NCBI GenBank assembly: GCA_963693055.1
Contig: OY843751.1
Location: 160,001-224,000 of the forward strand
DNA: 64,000 nt
Direction: 5' to 3'
From: a bacterium
GTDB taxonomy: Bacteria > Zhuqueibacterota > Zhuqueibacteria > Residuimicrobiales > Krinioviventaceae
The position numbers and the translations under genes are program-made. Positions 1 through 10,274 of the stretch are shown here, piece after piece. The notes under the pieces are model-generated. The model saw only the letters and a list, made by a program, of their open reading frames with translations. It had not been told where the DNA came from and did not search any database. How positions within the stretch are numbered: the first letter of the stretch is position 1; every line of letters starts with the position of its first letter.

Positions 1-615
1 AAGTCAGCCAGTGCAATATCTAAAAAGAATCTGGATGATTGTGCCTTGTATGCCCCATCTAATGGATATATTGGCAGCCGTGCTATTGAACCGGGTATGA
101 CCATTGTACCGGGTATAACAGCAATCAACATTATTAAAATCAACAAGGTTTATGCTTCCATTTCTGTTCCAGAAAATGAAATTGTAAATATATCCAGAAA
201 TCAGAAATGTCTGGTAAACGTGGCTGCCCTTGGAAAACAGACTTTTGAAGGCGTTGTAGAGCAAGTAGGCGTTGTAGCGAATCCATTATCACGTGCTTAC
301 AAGGTCAAGATTTCCATTGCCAATCAAAATAACGTACTAAAACCGGGTATGATTTGTGATGTCACACTTGAAACATCAGACAATTCTTCAAGTGTGGTTG
401 TTCCCAATTATTCAGTATTGGTAGACGAAGACGGCAAGACCTTTGTTTATACTGTTGAGCAAAACAATACAATTGCCAAACGGAAATGGGTAACAACCCG
501 AAATTTAACACGAAAGGGTGTAGAGATTGTCGATGGATTAACGACAGGTGAAATACTAGTGGTTGCAGGACACCAAAAGTTGATGGATGGCGCCAGAGTA
601 GTTGTTGTTAACTGA
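1..615 (+). CDS. RND efflux periplasmic adaptor (MFP), 5'-truncated by window edge
   Basis: Frame open from base 1; LYAPSNGYI, VPENEIVNI, LKPGMICDV, GLTTGEILVVAGHQKL motifs; directly upstream of RND permease. Confidence 0.93.
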   Translation, partial: KSASAISKKNLDDCALYAPSNGYIGSRAIEPGMTIVPGITAINIIKINKVYASISVPENEIVNISRNQKCLVNVAALGKQTFEGVVEQVGVVANPLSRAYKVKISIANQNNVLKPGMICDVTLETSDNSSSVVVPNYSVLVDEDGKTFVYTVEQNNTIAKRKWVTTRNLTRKGVEIVDGLTTGEILVVAGHQKLMDGARVVVVN

Positions 616-634
616 TGAACAGGAATTAGATAAA

Positions 635-3600
635 ATGAAAAATAAAAAAACATTAATGGATATTATACTGGACTATAAGCAATTGTTAATTATTATTACC
701 TTTTTGTCTGTTGTTTTTGGTGTAGTTGCTTTGTTTAATATGCCAAGGGACGAATTCCCGGAATTCAGTGTACGAAAGGGATTGGTCATTGGTATTTATC
801 CCGGTGCAACTTCTCACCAGGTAGAAGAACAGTTGACTAAAAAAGTTGAGAATTATCTGTTCCAGTATGAAGAGATTGACAAAGAAAAGACCTTTTCCAT
901 CTCTAAAGAGAATGTTATGGTTATATATGTTGAAGTTCAGCGTAAATTAAAACAACCCAAGCTTTTCTGGGCAAAACTCCGTAATGGATTGGATGATTTT
1001 AAGAGCCAGTTGCCTTCCGGGGTAATGTCATTATCCGCAAATGAAGATTTTGGTAACACATCAGCCATTCTGTTGGCTGTTGAATCTGAAACCAAAACAT
1101 ACAAAGAACTGGAAAAATATATAGAAACGTTTGAAGACGATGTCCGCGCAATACCGGCAACATCTCGGGTTAAGCATTTTGGCCTGCAGGAAGAAGAGAT
1201 CAATGTCTATATTGATGATGCCAAACTGGCCTATTATGGAGTAAAACCCCTGACAGTTCTTGCCGCTCTAAGACCTGAGGGAATGGTGAATTACGCTGGT
1301 GAAATTGATGATGGAGAATATATCCGTCCTATTCACATCCCTTCAGGATATAATACAGAAAGTGATATTGCCAATCAGATTGTTTATTCAGATCCAACGG
1401 GTCAGGTTGTGCGGGTTAAGGATATTGCCAAGGTTGTTCGTGAATATAAAGAACCGGATTCCTTTATCCGGTTTAACGGCAAGAAATGTCTAATCATCTC
1501 GCTTGAAATGCAGCCCGGCAATAATATCGTTCATTATGGTGCCAAGGTTAATAAAGTAATTGATGAATTCAAAAGCCAGGTACCCGCGGATGTAAATGTT
1601 GGCCTTATATCTGATATGCCGCATTTTGTGTCTGAATCTATTTTGCACTTTTTAAAAGAATTTGCCCTTGCCATAATTGCGGTCATATTGGTAACTGTAT
1701 TACTGTTGCCAAAACGGGTTGCTTTTGTTGCGGCGTCGGCAATTCCCATATCAGTTTTAATGACCGTGGGGATGTTGTGGATGTTTGGTATCAGCTTGCA
1801 AACCGTTTCGTTAGCGGGACTGATTATTGTGCTGGGTATGGTTGTTGATAATGCCATTGTGATTATTGATAATTATGTGGAAAAATTGGACCAGGGAGTA
1901 TCTCCACACGACGCTGCTTCAAAAAGTGTGGGTGATCTGTTTGGGTCCGTGTTCTTTGCAACACTGATTATTGTGGTATGTTTTTTGCCCATGACTCAGT
2001 TGATGACTGGCCTAGCCGGGGATTTTGTAAAGTCGTTACCGGTAACCATTGCAATTGCACTTTTTTTATCTTTGATTGTTTCGGTTTTACTTGTGCCGTT
2101 GATGAGCTATGTTTTTATAAAACATGGAATTAAGGCCAATAATGATTCGAATAAGCGTTCCTTTTTGGACAGATTGCAGGCATTTTATGATAATCTTTTG
2201 GAAAGGTCCTTTCGGAATGAAAAGGTTATTGTTTTAATTGGTATTCTGTCATTTGTGCTTGGTTTGGTAATGCTGCTAATTACACCTCAAAAGCCGTTTC
2301 CCGCTTTTCAGCGCAATCAGTTTGCGGTTGAAGTTTATTTACCTGTTGGCAGTTCACTTCAGCAAACAGACAGTGTAATTCAGCAAGTTGAAGCATTGTT
2401 GTTAAAAGACAGTCGGGTTGAAAATGTTGCAGCTTTTGTTGGAAGCAGTTCACCACGATTTAACACACTTTATGCTCCCCAGTTTCCGGCCAAGCATTAT
2501 GGACAATTGCTTGTCATTACCAAGTCTAACAAAGCAACAGAAGATATTCTGAATGAATATTCGGTAAAATATAGAAATTACTTTCCCAATGCGCATGTGA
2601 AATGGAAACAACTGGAAATGGTAACATCTGATGCTGCCATTGAAGTAAGGTTGACCGGTCATGATATTACCGGGTTGAAAAAAGCCGGCAATGCTTTGAT
2701 AGAACAAATACGTTCACTGGATGGTGTACAATGGGCGCGCACTAATTATAAAGAACCGTTGCAATCCGTTCAATTGAATTTGAAAGCAGACCAGGCCAGC
2801 CGAATGGGATATTCCAAAACATATTTGGACTATTCTCTGCTTATTGGCACCAAGGGTTTCCCGGTATCTACAATCTGGGAAGATGATTACCCTGTTGATG
2901 TCAACCTCCGGATAGATAAAAAAGTTAAATCCGATATTAATGACATAATGGATATGTATGTAACATCCATGTTTGTGGCAACTGCGGTGCCGGTACGGCA
3001 ATTGGCAGATGCAGAACAAACCTGGAGCGAGGGAGAGATTGTTCATCGGAATGGCGTAAGGACCTTGACCGTGTCTGTTGATCCTATGAGGGGGTATTAT
3101 GCATCTGATCTTTTGGCCCAAATAGAGCCCATGATTGAAAAACTCAATCTGCCAGATGATATATCTGTACATTATGGCGGTGAACATGAGATGCAGGTAG
3201 AAGAAATGACCCCGCTGTATTATTCACTCGCTGTTAGCGTTGCCATTATCTTTTTAATCCTGTTGTTTCAGTTCAAGAGTATCAAAAAAACTGTGCTAAT
3301 TATGGTTACCATGCCCTTGAGCCTTTTTGGTGCGGCATTGGGTGTTCTGGTTAACGGATATCCTTTTAGCGTTACGGCATTTATCGGATTAATTGGTTTA
3401 TTCGGCATTGTGGTGCGTAATGGTATAATATATCTTTCGTATGCGGATGAACTGAGGTTTGAGCATGGTATGGAGGTAGAGCAGGCCGCAATATCAGCCG
3501 CAAAGCGTCGTATGCGCCCCATCTTTTTGACTGCCGCGGCTGCAGCAGTAGGTGTTGTTCCTATGGTAATCAGTCGTTCGCCTTTGTGGGGCCCCCTGGG

Positions 3601-3709
3601 ATCTGTGATATGTTTTGGGCTGCTTTTTGCGCTTGTATTGTCCCTGTTGGTGCTTCCGGTGTTGTATTCTCTTGCACACCGTAATGAATTAAAAGTTATG
3701 GAGAGTTGA
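635..3709 (+). CDS. RND efflux transporter permease (AcrB/AcrD/AcrF family)
   Basis: ~1020 aa; YPGATSHQVEEQLT, GMVVDNAIV, RMRPIFLT motifs; two large periplasmic loops; ATG 635 after AGGA. Confidence 0.95.
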   Translation: MKNKKTLMDIILDYKQLLIIITFLSVVFGVVALFNMPRDEFPEFSVRKGLVIGIYPGATSHQVEEQLTKKVENYLFQYEEIDKEKTFSISKENVMVIYVEVQRKLKQPKLFWAKLRNGLDDFKSQLPSGVMSLSANEDFGNTSAILLAVESETKTYKELEKYIETFEDDVRAIPATSRVKHFGLQEEEINVYIDDAKLAYYGVKPLTVLAALRPEGMVNYAGEIDDGEYIRPIHIPSGYNTESDIANQIVYSDPTGQVVRVKDIAKVVREYKEPDSFIRFNGKKCLIISLEMQPGNNIVHYGAKVNKVIDEFKSQVPADVNVGLISDMPHFVSESILHFLKEFALAIIAVILVTVLLLPKRVAFVAASAIPISVLMTVGMLWMFGISLQTVSLAGLIIVLGMVVDNAIVIIDNYVEKLDQGVSPHDAASKSVGDLFGSVFFATLIIVVCFLPMTQLMTGLAGDFVKSLPVTIAIALFLSLIVSVLLVPLMSYVFIKHGIKANNDSNKRSFLDRLQAFYDNLLERSFRNEKVIVLIGILSFVLGLVMLLITPQKPFPAFQRNQFAVEVYLPVGSSLQQTDSVIQQVEALLLKDSRVENVAAFVGSSSPRFNTLYAPQFPAKHYGQLLVITKSNKATEDILNEYSVKYRNYFPNAHVKWKQLEMVTSDAAIEVRLTGHDITGLKKAGNALIEQIRSLDGVQWARTNYKEPLQSVQLNLKADQASRMGYSKTYLDYSLLIGTKGFPVSTIWEDDYPVDVNLRIDKKVKSDINDIMDMYVTSMFVATAVPVRQLADAEQTWSEGEIVHRNGVRTLTVSVDPMRGYYASDLLAQIEPMIEKLNLPDDISVHYGGEHEMQVEEMTPLYYSLAVSVAIIFLILLFQFKSIKKTVLIMVTMPLSLFGAALGVLVNGYPFSVTAFIGLIGLFGIVVRNGIIYLSYADELRFEHGMEVEQAAISAAKRRMRPIFLTAAAAAVGVVPMVISRSPLWGPLGSVICFGLLFALVLSLLVLPVLYSLAHRNELKVMES

Positions 3710-3714
3710 TCGGT

Positions 3715-5061
3715 ATGAAGAATATGAAATTATATATAGCATTAACTTTGCTCTTGTGTGCATTTCAGGGTTTTTCTCAAGGCATATTAACACTTGATCA
3801 AAGCATTGAACTTGCATTGCAAAACAATACTGAAATACGAAATAGCGCACTCGAGATCAAAGCCGCCAGGCAGGTCAAAAAAGCCGCATTTACGCATTAT
3901 TTTCCCCAGATTGATGCCGGCGGATTAATGTTTGAGATGGATAAAAATGTGATCGAAACCAGTATCGATGCAGTGAACCTGCCGGTGTGGGATGGGAATC
4001 CTGCAACCCTGATGAATCCTTCCCAGTTTGCCTATTTCCCGGGAATGGATCTGGCATTGTTGAAAAAGGGTACTGTGGGTTTTGTGAATGCTTTACAGCC
4101 TGTATTTGCCGGTGGAAGGATCTATAACGGCAACAAGCTTGCATCGGTAGGTGTAGATGCTTCCAGGTACAAGCATGATCTGAAAAAAGATGAAATTGTA
4201 CTGAAAACCGAGGAACAATACTGGCAAATTGTATCGCTCGATGAAAAGACCAAAACCATTGATAAATATTTGGAAATGTTGAACAGTTTGCAAGACCAGG
4301 TTAACGATGCCTATGAGGCAGGTATTGTAATGAAAAATGATGTGCTCAAAGTCAAGCTTGAACTCAACAAGGTGCTATTGCAACAGTCAAAATTGTTGAA
4401 CGGAAAGAAACTGGCAAATATGGCTTTTTGTCAGAACCTTGGCATTTCTTTAGATACCACCCTGGTGTTGAGAGATGAGCTGGTGGTCAAGGATACTCCG
4501 GAAACGTTTTATGTGGACAAGAACAGCGCCCTGGTAAAACGGGACGAGTATCAATTGCTACAGTTATCTGTTAAAGCTGAAAAGCTGCAAACCCGAATGT
4601 CTGTGGGCAAGCATCTTCCACAGGCAGGTGTGGGCATAAACGGTTTATATGTCAAAGTAGACGAGTTTGATAAACACACCAACAGCATGGTATATGGAAC
4701 GGTTGCTGTTCCCATCTCGGGATGGTGGGGAGGCACTCATGAATTGCAGGAACACAAGGTTAAAGAAAATATTGCTAAAAACAATCTGGCCAATACGTCC
4801 GAGTTGTTGCTGCTGCAAATTCAAAAAACCTGGCAGGACTTTACAGATGCTTACAAGCAGTATCAATTGAGTTTGGAAGCCAAAGCCCAGGCAGATGAGA
4901 ATTTAAAGGTCAATCAGGACAGTTATGATAACGGACTGATTGCAGTTTCGGATCTTTTGGAGGCACAGGCTTTGTTACAGCAGACAGAAGATCAGTTGAT
5001 TGATGCCAAATCGCAGTATCTGGTTAACAAAACCCGGTATCTGCAGGTTACGGGTCGCTGA
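3715..5061 (+). CDS. TolC-family outer membrane efflux protein
   Basis: Signal peptide; LTLDQSIELALQNN, QPVFAGGRI, YDNGLIAVSDLLEAQ; third gene of RND operon; start could be 3706, 3715 or 3724. Confidence 0.93.
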   Translation: MKNMKLYIALTLLLCAFQGFSQGILTLDQSIELALQNNTEIRNSALEIKAARQVKKAAFTHYFPQIDAGGLMFEMDKNVIETSIDAVNLPVWDGNPATLMNPSQFAYFPGMDLALLKKGTVGFVNALQPVFAGGRIYNGNKLASVGVDASRYKHDLKKDEIVLKTEEQYWQIVSLDEKTKTIDKYLEMLNSLQDQVNDAYEAGIVMKNDVLKVKLELNKVLLQQSKLLNGKKLANMAFCQNLGISLDTTLVLRDELVVKDTPETFYVDKNSALVKRDEYQLLQLSVKAEKLQTRMSVGKHLPQAGVGINGLYVKVDEFDKHTNSMVYGTVAVPISGWWGGTHELQEHKVKENIAKNNLANTSELLLLQIQKTWQDFTDAYKQYQLSLEAKAQADENLKVNQDSYDNGLIAVSDLLEAQALLQQTEDQLIDAKSQYLVNKTRYLQVTGR

Positions 5062-5139
5062 GACCCTGATTAATGACCTTAATTTAAGGATTACCTTGAT
5101 TAGATCTGGTTGTTGATTCGTTTTGAATAATGATAATTC

Positions 5140-5170
5140 GCCAGGCACTTTTAGTGTCTGGCTTTTTTTT
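5140..5170 (+). terminator. Rho-independent terminator of RND operon
   Basis: GCCAGGCAC-tttta-GTGTCTGGC followed by T8. Confidence 0.8.
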
Positions 5171-5566
5171 GTCCAAAACCATCTTTTAACTGGTCCGCCA
5201 TTAGTTGGGGACAAAAGTATCTTTTAGATCGTGACGGAGATAAGCAGAGCGTTCTCCGTCATGTTACTTTTCAGCTCTGACACCCAGCCCGGAACATCTT
5301 ATTTATTGTAATGAGGATTTTCAAAATGTGTGTACAATCCAAGTACCGGTAATGAGTGCATAATAGGATTTTAAATAAACAAATGCACATTACAATACTT
5401 TAAAAAAATATGATTGAATTTAATGCTTGATGGAAATTTTGTGGTATTGGGTTTTGTTTTTAAAGCATCGCTAGTGAATTCCATTCAGCTATTCTTTTCT
5501 ACCTCTCACACTTTTGCTTTCGGTAAATAACTCTCTTGACATATAATATATTTTTCGGAGGTTTTT

Positions 5567-7024
5567 ATGAAGATTCCAAAGACAGTCTTTATTTTGTTTG
5601 TTGCGGTATTGTTCATTTCCTGCTCAATGAGCACTAAAGAATTACCCATTACTACCTCTTCAAAAGATGCGTTGGCGCTTTATCATCAGGCTCAGGCATT
5701 TGCCGATAATTTGAAAAGGCAAAACGCAAAAGAACTGTTTGAAAAGGCACTTGCTTTGGATCCTGAATTTGCCATGGCGCATTTACAATTGGCCTTTGCC
5801 GAGTTTGGTGGCGGAGATGCCGATAAAGCGTTTGATCATTACAGCAAGGCCCTTTCTTTAAAAGATAAAGTCTCTGACGGAGAAAAGATCTTTCTAGATG
5901 CTACTGAAGCCGGTTTTACCGGAGATCGTCAAACCCAGATAGAGAAATTGATGCAGTTGGTTGAAATGTACCCCAATGATAAACGAATATATATGAATTT
6001 GGGTATTTTCTACTCTGGTCAGCAGGATTGGAATAATGCTATTGGCTCATTGGAAAAAGCCATTCAGGTTGAACCCGCATTTGCACCTGCTTATAATCAG
6101 TTGGCATATATCTATTTATATAGCAATCAATATGACAAGGCCGAGAAAACAATCAAAAAATATACGGAATTGATACCCGACCAGGCCAATCCCTGGGATT
6201 CCTATGCGGAAATCTTGATGAAACAAGGCAAGTTTGATGAATCTATTACTGCTTACAAAAAAGCATTGGATCTGGATCCCGAATTTTATGTCTCTTATCT
6301 GGGAATTGGTACCAATTATATGTTGATGGACCAGCACTTGCATTCACTGGATGTCTTTCAAACCTATTATGACAAAGTGCCGGATTATGGCAACAAGCGT
6401 AACGCACAGTTTGGAATGCTACGCTGCCGCATTGACAACCAGGATTATGAAAAGGCGATGGAGCTTTTAAATACAATGTATGAAGAAGCAAAATCCAATA
6501 ATAATTATGTGGACATGTCAAACGATGTCAATGTAATGGGTGATGTCTTGTTTGCTCAAAAAGACTTTCAGGGTGCTCTGGCCAAATATGATATGTCTCA
6601 AGCGTTATTTGAAAGCTCTGAGATGGTGAATCAGGACCAAAAAGAAGCGGCAAAGCAGGGGCTGCTGTTTAATCAGATTCGTGTTGATATTAAAGAAGCC
6701 CGGTACGAGCAAGCTGCGGAAAAGATTTCAAAATATACACAAATTGCCAAGCGTAAAAACAACTCGGGGCAATTGCGTGCCTCTCACTTGTTGAAAGGGA
6801 TGCTGGCAATGCAGCAGGAAAACTGGCAGGATGCGGCAACCGAGCTTGAACAGGCTAATATGAGGAATCCCAGAGTGTTGTATTACCTGGCCAAAGTGTA
6901 TTTAAACCTGGGCGATAAGGAAAAGGCCAAAGCCTATTGTGAAAAGGCCGCGAATTTTAATGAACAGGCATATGTCTATGCCTATGTACGTAAACCCGCC
7001 AAAGAGATGTTGACGGGGATGTGA
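5567..7024 (+). CDS. Tetratricopeptide-repeat lipoprotein
   Basis: GGAGG RBS; lipobox LFISC; repeated TPR units (FEKALALDPEFAMAH, YKKALDLDPEF). Confidence 0.88.
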   Translation: MKIPKTVFILFVAVLFISCSMSTKELPITTSSKDALALYHQAQAFADNLKRQNAKELFEKALALDPEFAMAHLQLAFAEFGGGDADKAFDHYSKALSLKDKVSDGEKIFLDATEAGFTGDRQTQIEKLMQLVEMYPNDKRIYMNLGIFYSGQQDWNNAIGSLEKAIQVEPAFAPAYNQLAYIYLYSNQYDKAEKTIKKYTELIPDQANPWDSYAEILMKQGKFDESITAYKKALDLDPEFYVSYLGIGTNYMLMDQHLHSLDVFQTYYDKVPDYGNKRNAQFGMLRCRIDNQDYEKAMELLNTMYEEAKSNNNYVDMSNDVNVMGDVLFAQKDFQGALAKYDMSQALFESSEMVNQDQKEAAKQGLLFNQIRVDIKEARYEQAAEKISKYTQIAKRKNNSGQLRASHLLKGMLAMQQENWQDAATELEQANMRNPRVLYYLAKVYLNLGDKEKAKAYCEKAANFNEQAYVYAYVRKPAKEMLTGM

Positions 7025-7057
7025 AATTATTGTTAAAAGAGTTGTTAGTTGAAATGG

Positions 7058-7090
7058 ATTTGCCTGGCACCAACAAGGTGCCAGGCAAAT
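7058..7090. terminator. Inverted repeat between convergent genes (likely terminator)
   Basis: Perfect 14-bp stem ATTTGCCTGGCACC-aacaa-GGTGCCAGGCAAAT. Confidence 0.75.
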
Positions 7091-7127
7091 ATTTTAAAAA
7101 TTATAGCCTTCTTGAGAGATTTATATC

Positions 7128-8081
7128 TTACACATGGTTCCTGAGCATCAGCTCCGTTGGGTGGGGATTGAGATAGTGCTGGCATTTGAGATAAGAATCG
7201 TCAAATTTACGAACAAAGTGGTTCAGTAGGGTTACAGGGACGATAAGAGGAACGAGTCCGTTGTGATAATTGGAGATGATCTGTTTTAATTCCTGTTTTT
7301 CATCTGCTGAAAGTTCTTTTTTGAAATACCCCATAATGTGGTCCAGCACATTGGTGTTTTTCTTGACTGTGGCTTTGAGCTTCAGCGTCTCCATGAGCAG
7401 ATCGTAATATTGTACCAGCATCTGTTCACGCGGCATGGATTTGGGATTCGAGACAATACGTCCCAGTTCATAGAGCTTTTCCGTATGGTGTGCCATGATT
7501 AGCAGTTTGTGATGGGTGTGAAAATCTACCAGTCCTTTTGCTGAACCGTCATTGCGCAGGAATTCTTTCCAACGGTGCACCACAAAAATACGCTCAATAA
7601 AGTTTTCCCGTAAACCAGGATCGTTCAAACGGCCTTCATCTTCTACCGGTATACCGGGAAAACGCTCCATAAATGCTTTTGCCCAAAGTCCAACGCTTTT
7701 GGCGTGTTTGATATTGCCGTTTTCGTGATAGAGTTTTATGTCACGCATGCCCGAGCTGGGGGATTTGGTTTTAAATATATAGCCGCAAAGTTCTTCATTT
7801 TCCAGTTCGTTCAGGCGTTTTTCGGCCCAGGTCATCATTTTTTCAGTATGGTCAATGCCCGATTTGATGGTCATCAGTCGCGGTCCCTGGGGAGAATCTT
7901 CAAGATGCATGGCTTCTCGCGGAATGGGCAGGCCGCAATCGGCTTCCGGACATACCGGTACCCAGTTCACAAAGGGCCCCAGTGTATCGTACAAATAGCG
8001 GTCCAGTTTGTGGCCGCCATCATACCTTACTTTTTCTCCCAACAGACAGGTGCTGATCCCCAATACAATTTTATCCTGCAT
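7128..8081 (-). CDS. DUF523 (TudS-like) + DUF1722 (YbgA) fusion protein
   Basis: GISTCLLGEKVRYDGGH, CPEADCGLPIPRE, KSPSSG, EDEGRLND, FHTHHKLLIMAH, C-terminal YLNPHPTELMLRNHV. Confidence 0.9.
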   Translation of the reverse strand: MQDKIVLGISTCLLGEKVRYDGGHKLDRYLYDTLGPFVNWVPVCPEADCGLPIPREAMHLEDSPQGPRLMTIKSGIDHTEKMMTWAEKRLNELENEELCGYIFKTKSPSSGMRDIKLYHENGNIKHAKSVGLWAKAFMERFPGIPVEDEGRLNDPGLRENFIERIFVVHRWKEFLRNDGSAKGLVDFHTHHKLLIMAHHTEKLYELGRIVSNPKSMPREQMLVQYYDLLMETLKLKATVKKNTNVLDHIMGYFKKELSADEKQELKQIISNYHNGLVPLIVPVTLLNHFVRKFDDSYLKCQHYLNPHPTELMLRNHV

Positions 8082-8089
8082 ATAACAAC

Positions 8090-9352
8090 CTAGATTAAAA
8101 ATGAAACAGTTAATACGGTAACCATCATCAGAATGAATCCCGGAAGTATGGCCTTGCGCAGTTCTTTGCTGCCTCCGGCCAGTACAATAATACCTTTGGT
8201 AAACGTATTGGACACGGAAGCAAAAACAATAGCGCGAACTGCAGTCTCGTGTGCCACACCGCCATCACTCAGACTCAGCCGTGCAACGGAAAGGGCAATG
8301 GCATCAACATCGGCAATACCTGAAACCAGACTTGCCAGATAGATACCCGTGTCTCCGAAATAAATCTGTGCGGCTTTGGCAACAAACAGAATGATAACAA
8401 AGATCAATCCGAATTTAATGGCAGGCCCCAGCTCAAAGGGATTCGAAAAGCTTGGCTGTTCCTGCTCGGATTCATAATGCTGTGAGCGATACAGGTACAG
8501 GCAGTATAAAAGTCCCGCTGCAATAGACGCGGTTATAGGTATCCAAAGAAAGGTAACCAGCGCACTGTTAACAGCCGCAACTTCAATCAAAACCCGGGCA
8601 AACATGACAGTCCATGCAATCAGAATAGCCAGGGCAAAGGGCTTTGCCAGAACAAGATTCTCTTTGCTTTTTTGTGTAAAACTAAGCGTAACCGCCGTAC
8701 TGGATGCGAGTCCACCCAGTAGTCCGGTAAGGCTTATGCCCTTGCGCGGACCAATCATTTTGATGAGTATATAACCCACAAAGCTGATACCCGAGATAAA
8801 TACCACCAATAACCAGATTTTATATGGATTAAATACATTAAATGGCTCCGGTCCATAAGACGAGTTGGGCAGTACCGGCAAAATGATCAGAGAAATGAAC
8901 GCAAATTTGAGCGTAGAGAAAATATCTGCCTGGGTCAGGTGTCTTGCAAAAGTATGCAGCTCTAATTTAAAGGATAGAAGGATGGTTGTTGCTACCCCAA
9001 TTGCAACCGCTATGGCAATATATCCCCAAAATGACAGGGCACCGGCGATGAGGGTAACCAGTGCTGCGGCCTCGGTTGTAAGACCTGAAACACCCCGCCA
9101 CGCCTGAATAAAGTGATTTACAGCCAATAATAAACCAACAATAACCAGGATGATCACCAAAGGCAAAGGAGAGTCCAATATGTCGGTCATCATTGCCGAG
9201 GTTGCACCAATCATGGCAAAAAGTGCAAAGGTACGAACGCCCGCAGCCAATTCTCCACGTTTGTCGCTAAAGGCATATTCCCGCTGTAATCCTATTAATA
9301 TGCCAATGGCAAGTGCGGCTGCAAAGCGCATCAGAGTACGGGTTGGGTCCAT
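8090..9352 (-). CDS. MgtC/SapB + DUF4010 membrane protein
   Basis: ALAIGILIGLQRE, AGVRTF, GLTTEAA, ILPVLPN, GGLASSTAVT, NPFEL, SGIADVDA. Confidence 0.9.
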   Translation of the reverse strand: MDPTRTLMRFAAALAIGILIGLQREYAFSDKRGELAAGVRTFALFAMIGATSAMMTDILDSPLPLVIILVIVGLLLAVNHFIQAWRGVSGLTTEAAALVTLIAGALSFWGYIAIAVAIGVATTILLSFKLELHTFARHLTQADIFSTLKFAFISLIILPVLPNSSYGPEPFNVFNPYKIWLLVVFISGISFVGYILIKMIGPRKGISLTGLLGGLASSTAVTLSFTQKSKENLVLAKPFALAILIAWTVMFARVLIEVAAVNSALVTFLWIPITASIAAGLLYCLYLYRSQHYESEQEQPSFSNPFELGPAIKFGLIFVIILFVAKAAQIYFGDTGIYLASLVSGIADVDAIALSVARLSLSDGGVAHETAVRAIVFASVSNTFTKGIIVLAGGSKELRKAILPGFILMMVTVLTVSFLI

Positions 9353-9361
9353 CTTTGCCTC

Positions 9362-10201
9362 TTAATCCTTAATTTGAATATCGGCAGTTTTTTTGACTGT
9401 ATCTACCCAAGCTGCAATATGATCGTCTTTGAGATCCGTAGCGAGCCTGTCAAGTATATCATCACGACAGTCTTTTAAGGGTTTTTCACTGGCCGGAAAT
9501 TTTTCATAAACTTTGGCAATGTGGTATCCAAACTGGGTCAAAAAGATGGGAGAAACTTCACCCTCGTTCATGGAAAAAACAACGGTATCAAATTCTTCTA
9601 CCATTTGACCGGGAGCAAAGGTACCCAGATCACCGCCATTGTCGTCGCAGGAAGAATGCTGATCAGCAATATCAGAGAATTCCGCGCCGTTCAGCAGTTT
9701 GGTACGGATTTCAAGCATTTCTTTGTACAATTCGCGGGCATTTCTGGGATCAACCGGTCGAACAATATGAGCAGCATGGATCTGTTCAGGATTTGTAAAT
9801 TCTTCAGTGTGTTCGTTATAATAGGCTTCTATGGCTTTGTCATCCGGTTCCTGTACATCCTTGGTCAGGTCCGTTAAAAATTGGGTTACTTTGATGTTGG
9901 TCTCGAGATCTGTTTTGACCTTGTTATCATCCTTGGGGGTTATGTTGAAACTCGAGTAAAATTGTTCATCGCCACCATGGCTGGCTTTGAGCTCCTGAAG
10001 CGCCTTGTCTATTTCAGCAGGGGGAACGTGTTTTATCGTTTTTGTGGCCTGCTGCCGGATGATGGTCCAGTCTATAATATTTTGAGAAGCGATCTCTTTG
10101 ATTTGATCGTCCGGCAGTTCGCGATTGCTGCGCCATACATTCTGTACTTCCTGATTGCATATCTCTTTGGCTATGATTTCGCCATTTACAATAATTTCCA
10201 T
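9362..10201 (-). CDS. Parvulin-type peptidyl-prolyl cis-trans isomerase (PpiC/PrsA/NifM-like)
   Basis: IHAAHIV, FSDIADQHS, GGDLGTF, GQMVEEFD, GEVSPIFLTQFGYHI. Confidence 0.9.
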   Translation of the reverse strand: MEIIVNGEIIAKEICNQEVQNVWRSNRELPDDQIKEIASQNIIDWTIIRQQATKTIKHVPPAEIDKALQELKASHGGDEQFYSSFNITPKDDNKVKTDLETNIKVTQFLTDLTKDVQEPDDKAIEAYYNEHTEEFTNPEQIHAAHIVRPVDPRNARELYKEMLEIRTKLLNGAEFSDIADQHSSCDDNGGDLGTFAPGQMVEEFDTVVFSMNEGEVSPIFLTQFGYHIAKVYEKFPASEKPLKDCRDDILDRLATDLKDDHIAAWVDTVKKTADIQIKD

Positions 10202-10274
10202 TCTCTGCTCCGTAAATTCTGATTGCGGAATAGTATCAATGTGTTATCAATATTCCTGACAGGGTAAATAGATC

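Noticed and set aside
5536-5547. TTGACA immediately followed by TATAAT upstream of the TPR gene
   Set aside because: Zero spacing between the hexamers cannot form a sigma70 promoter; at most the TATAAT is a -10 element
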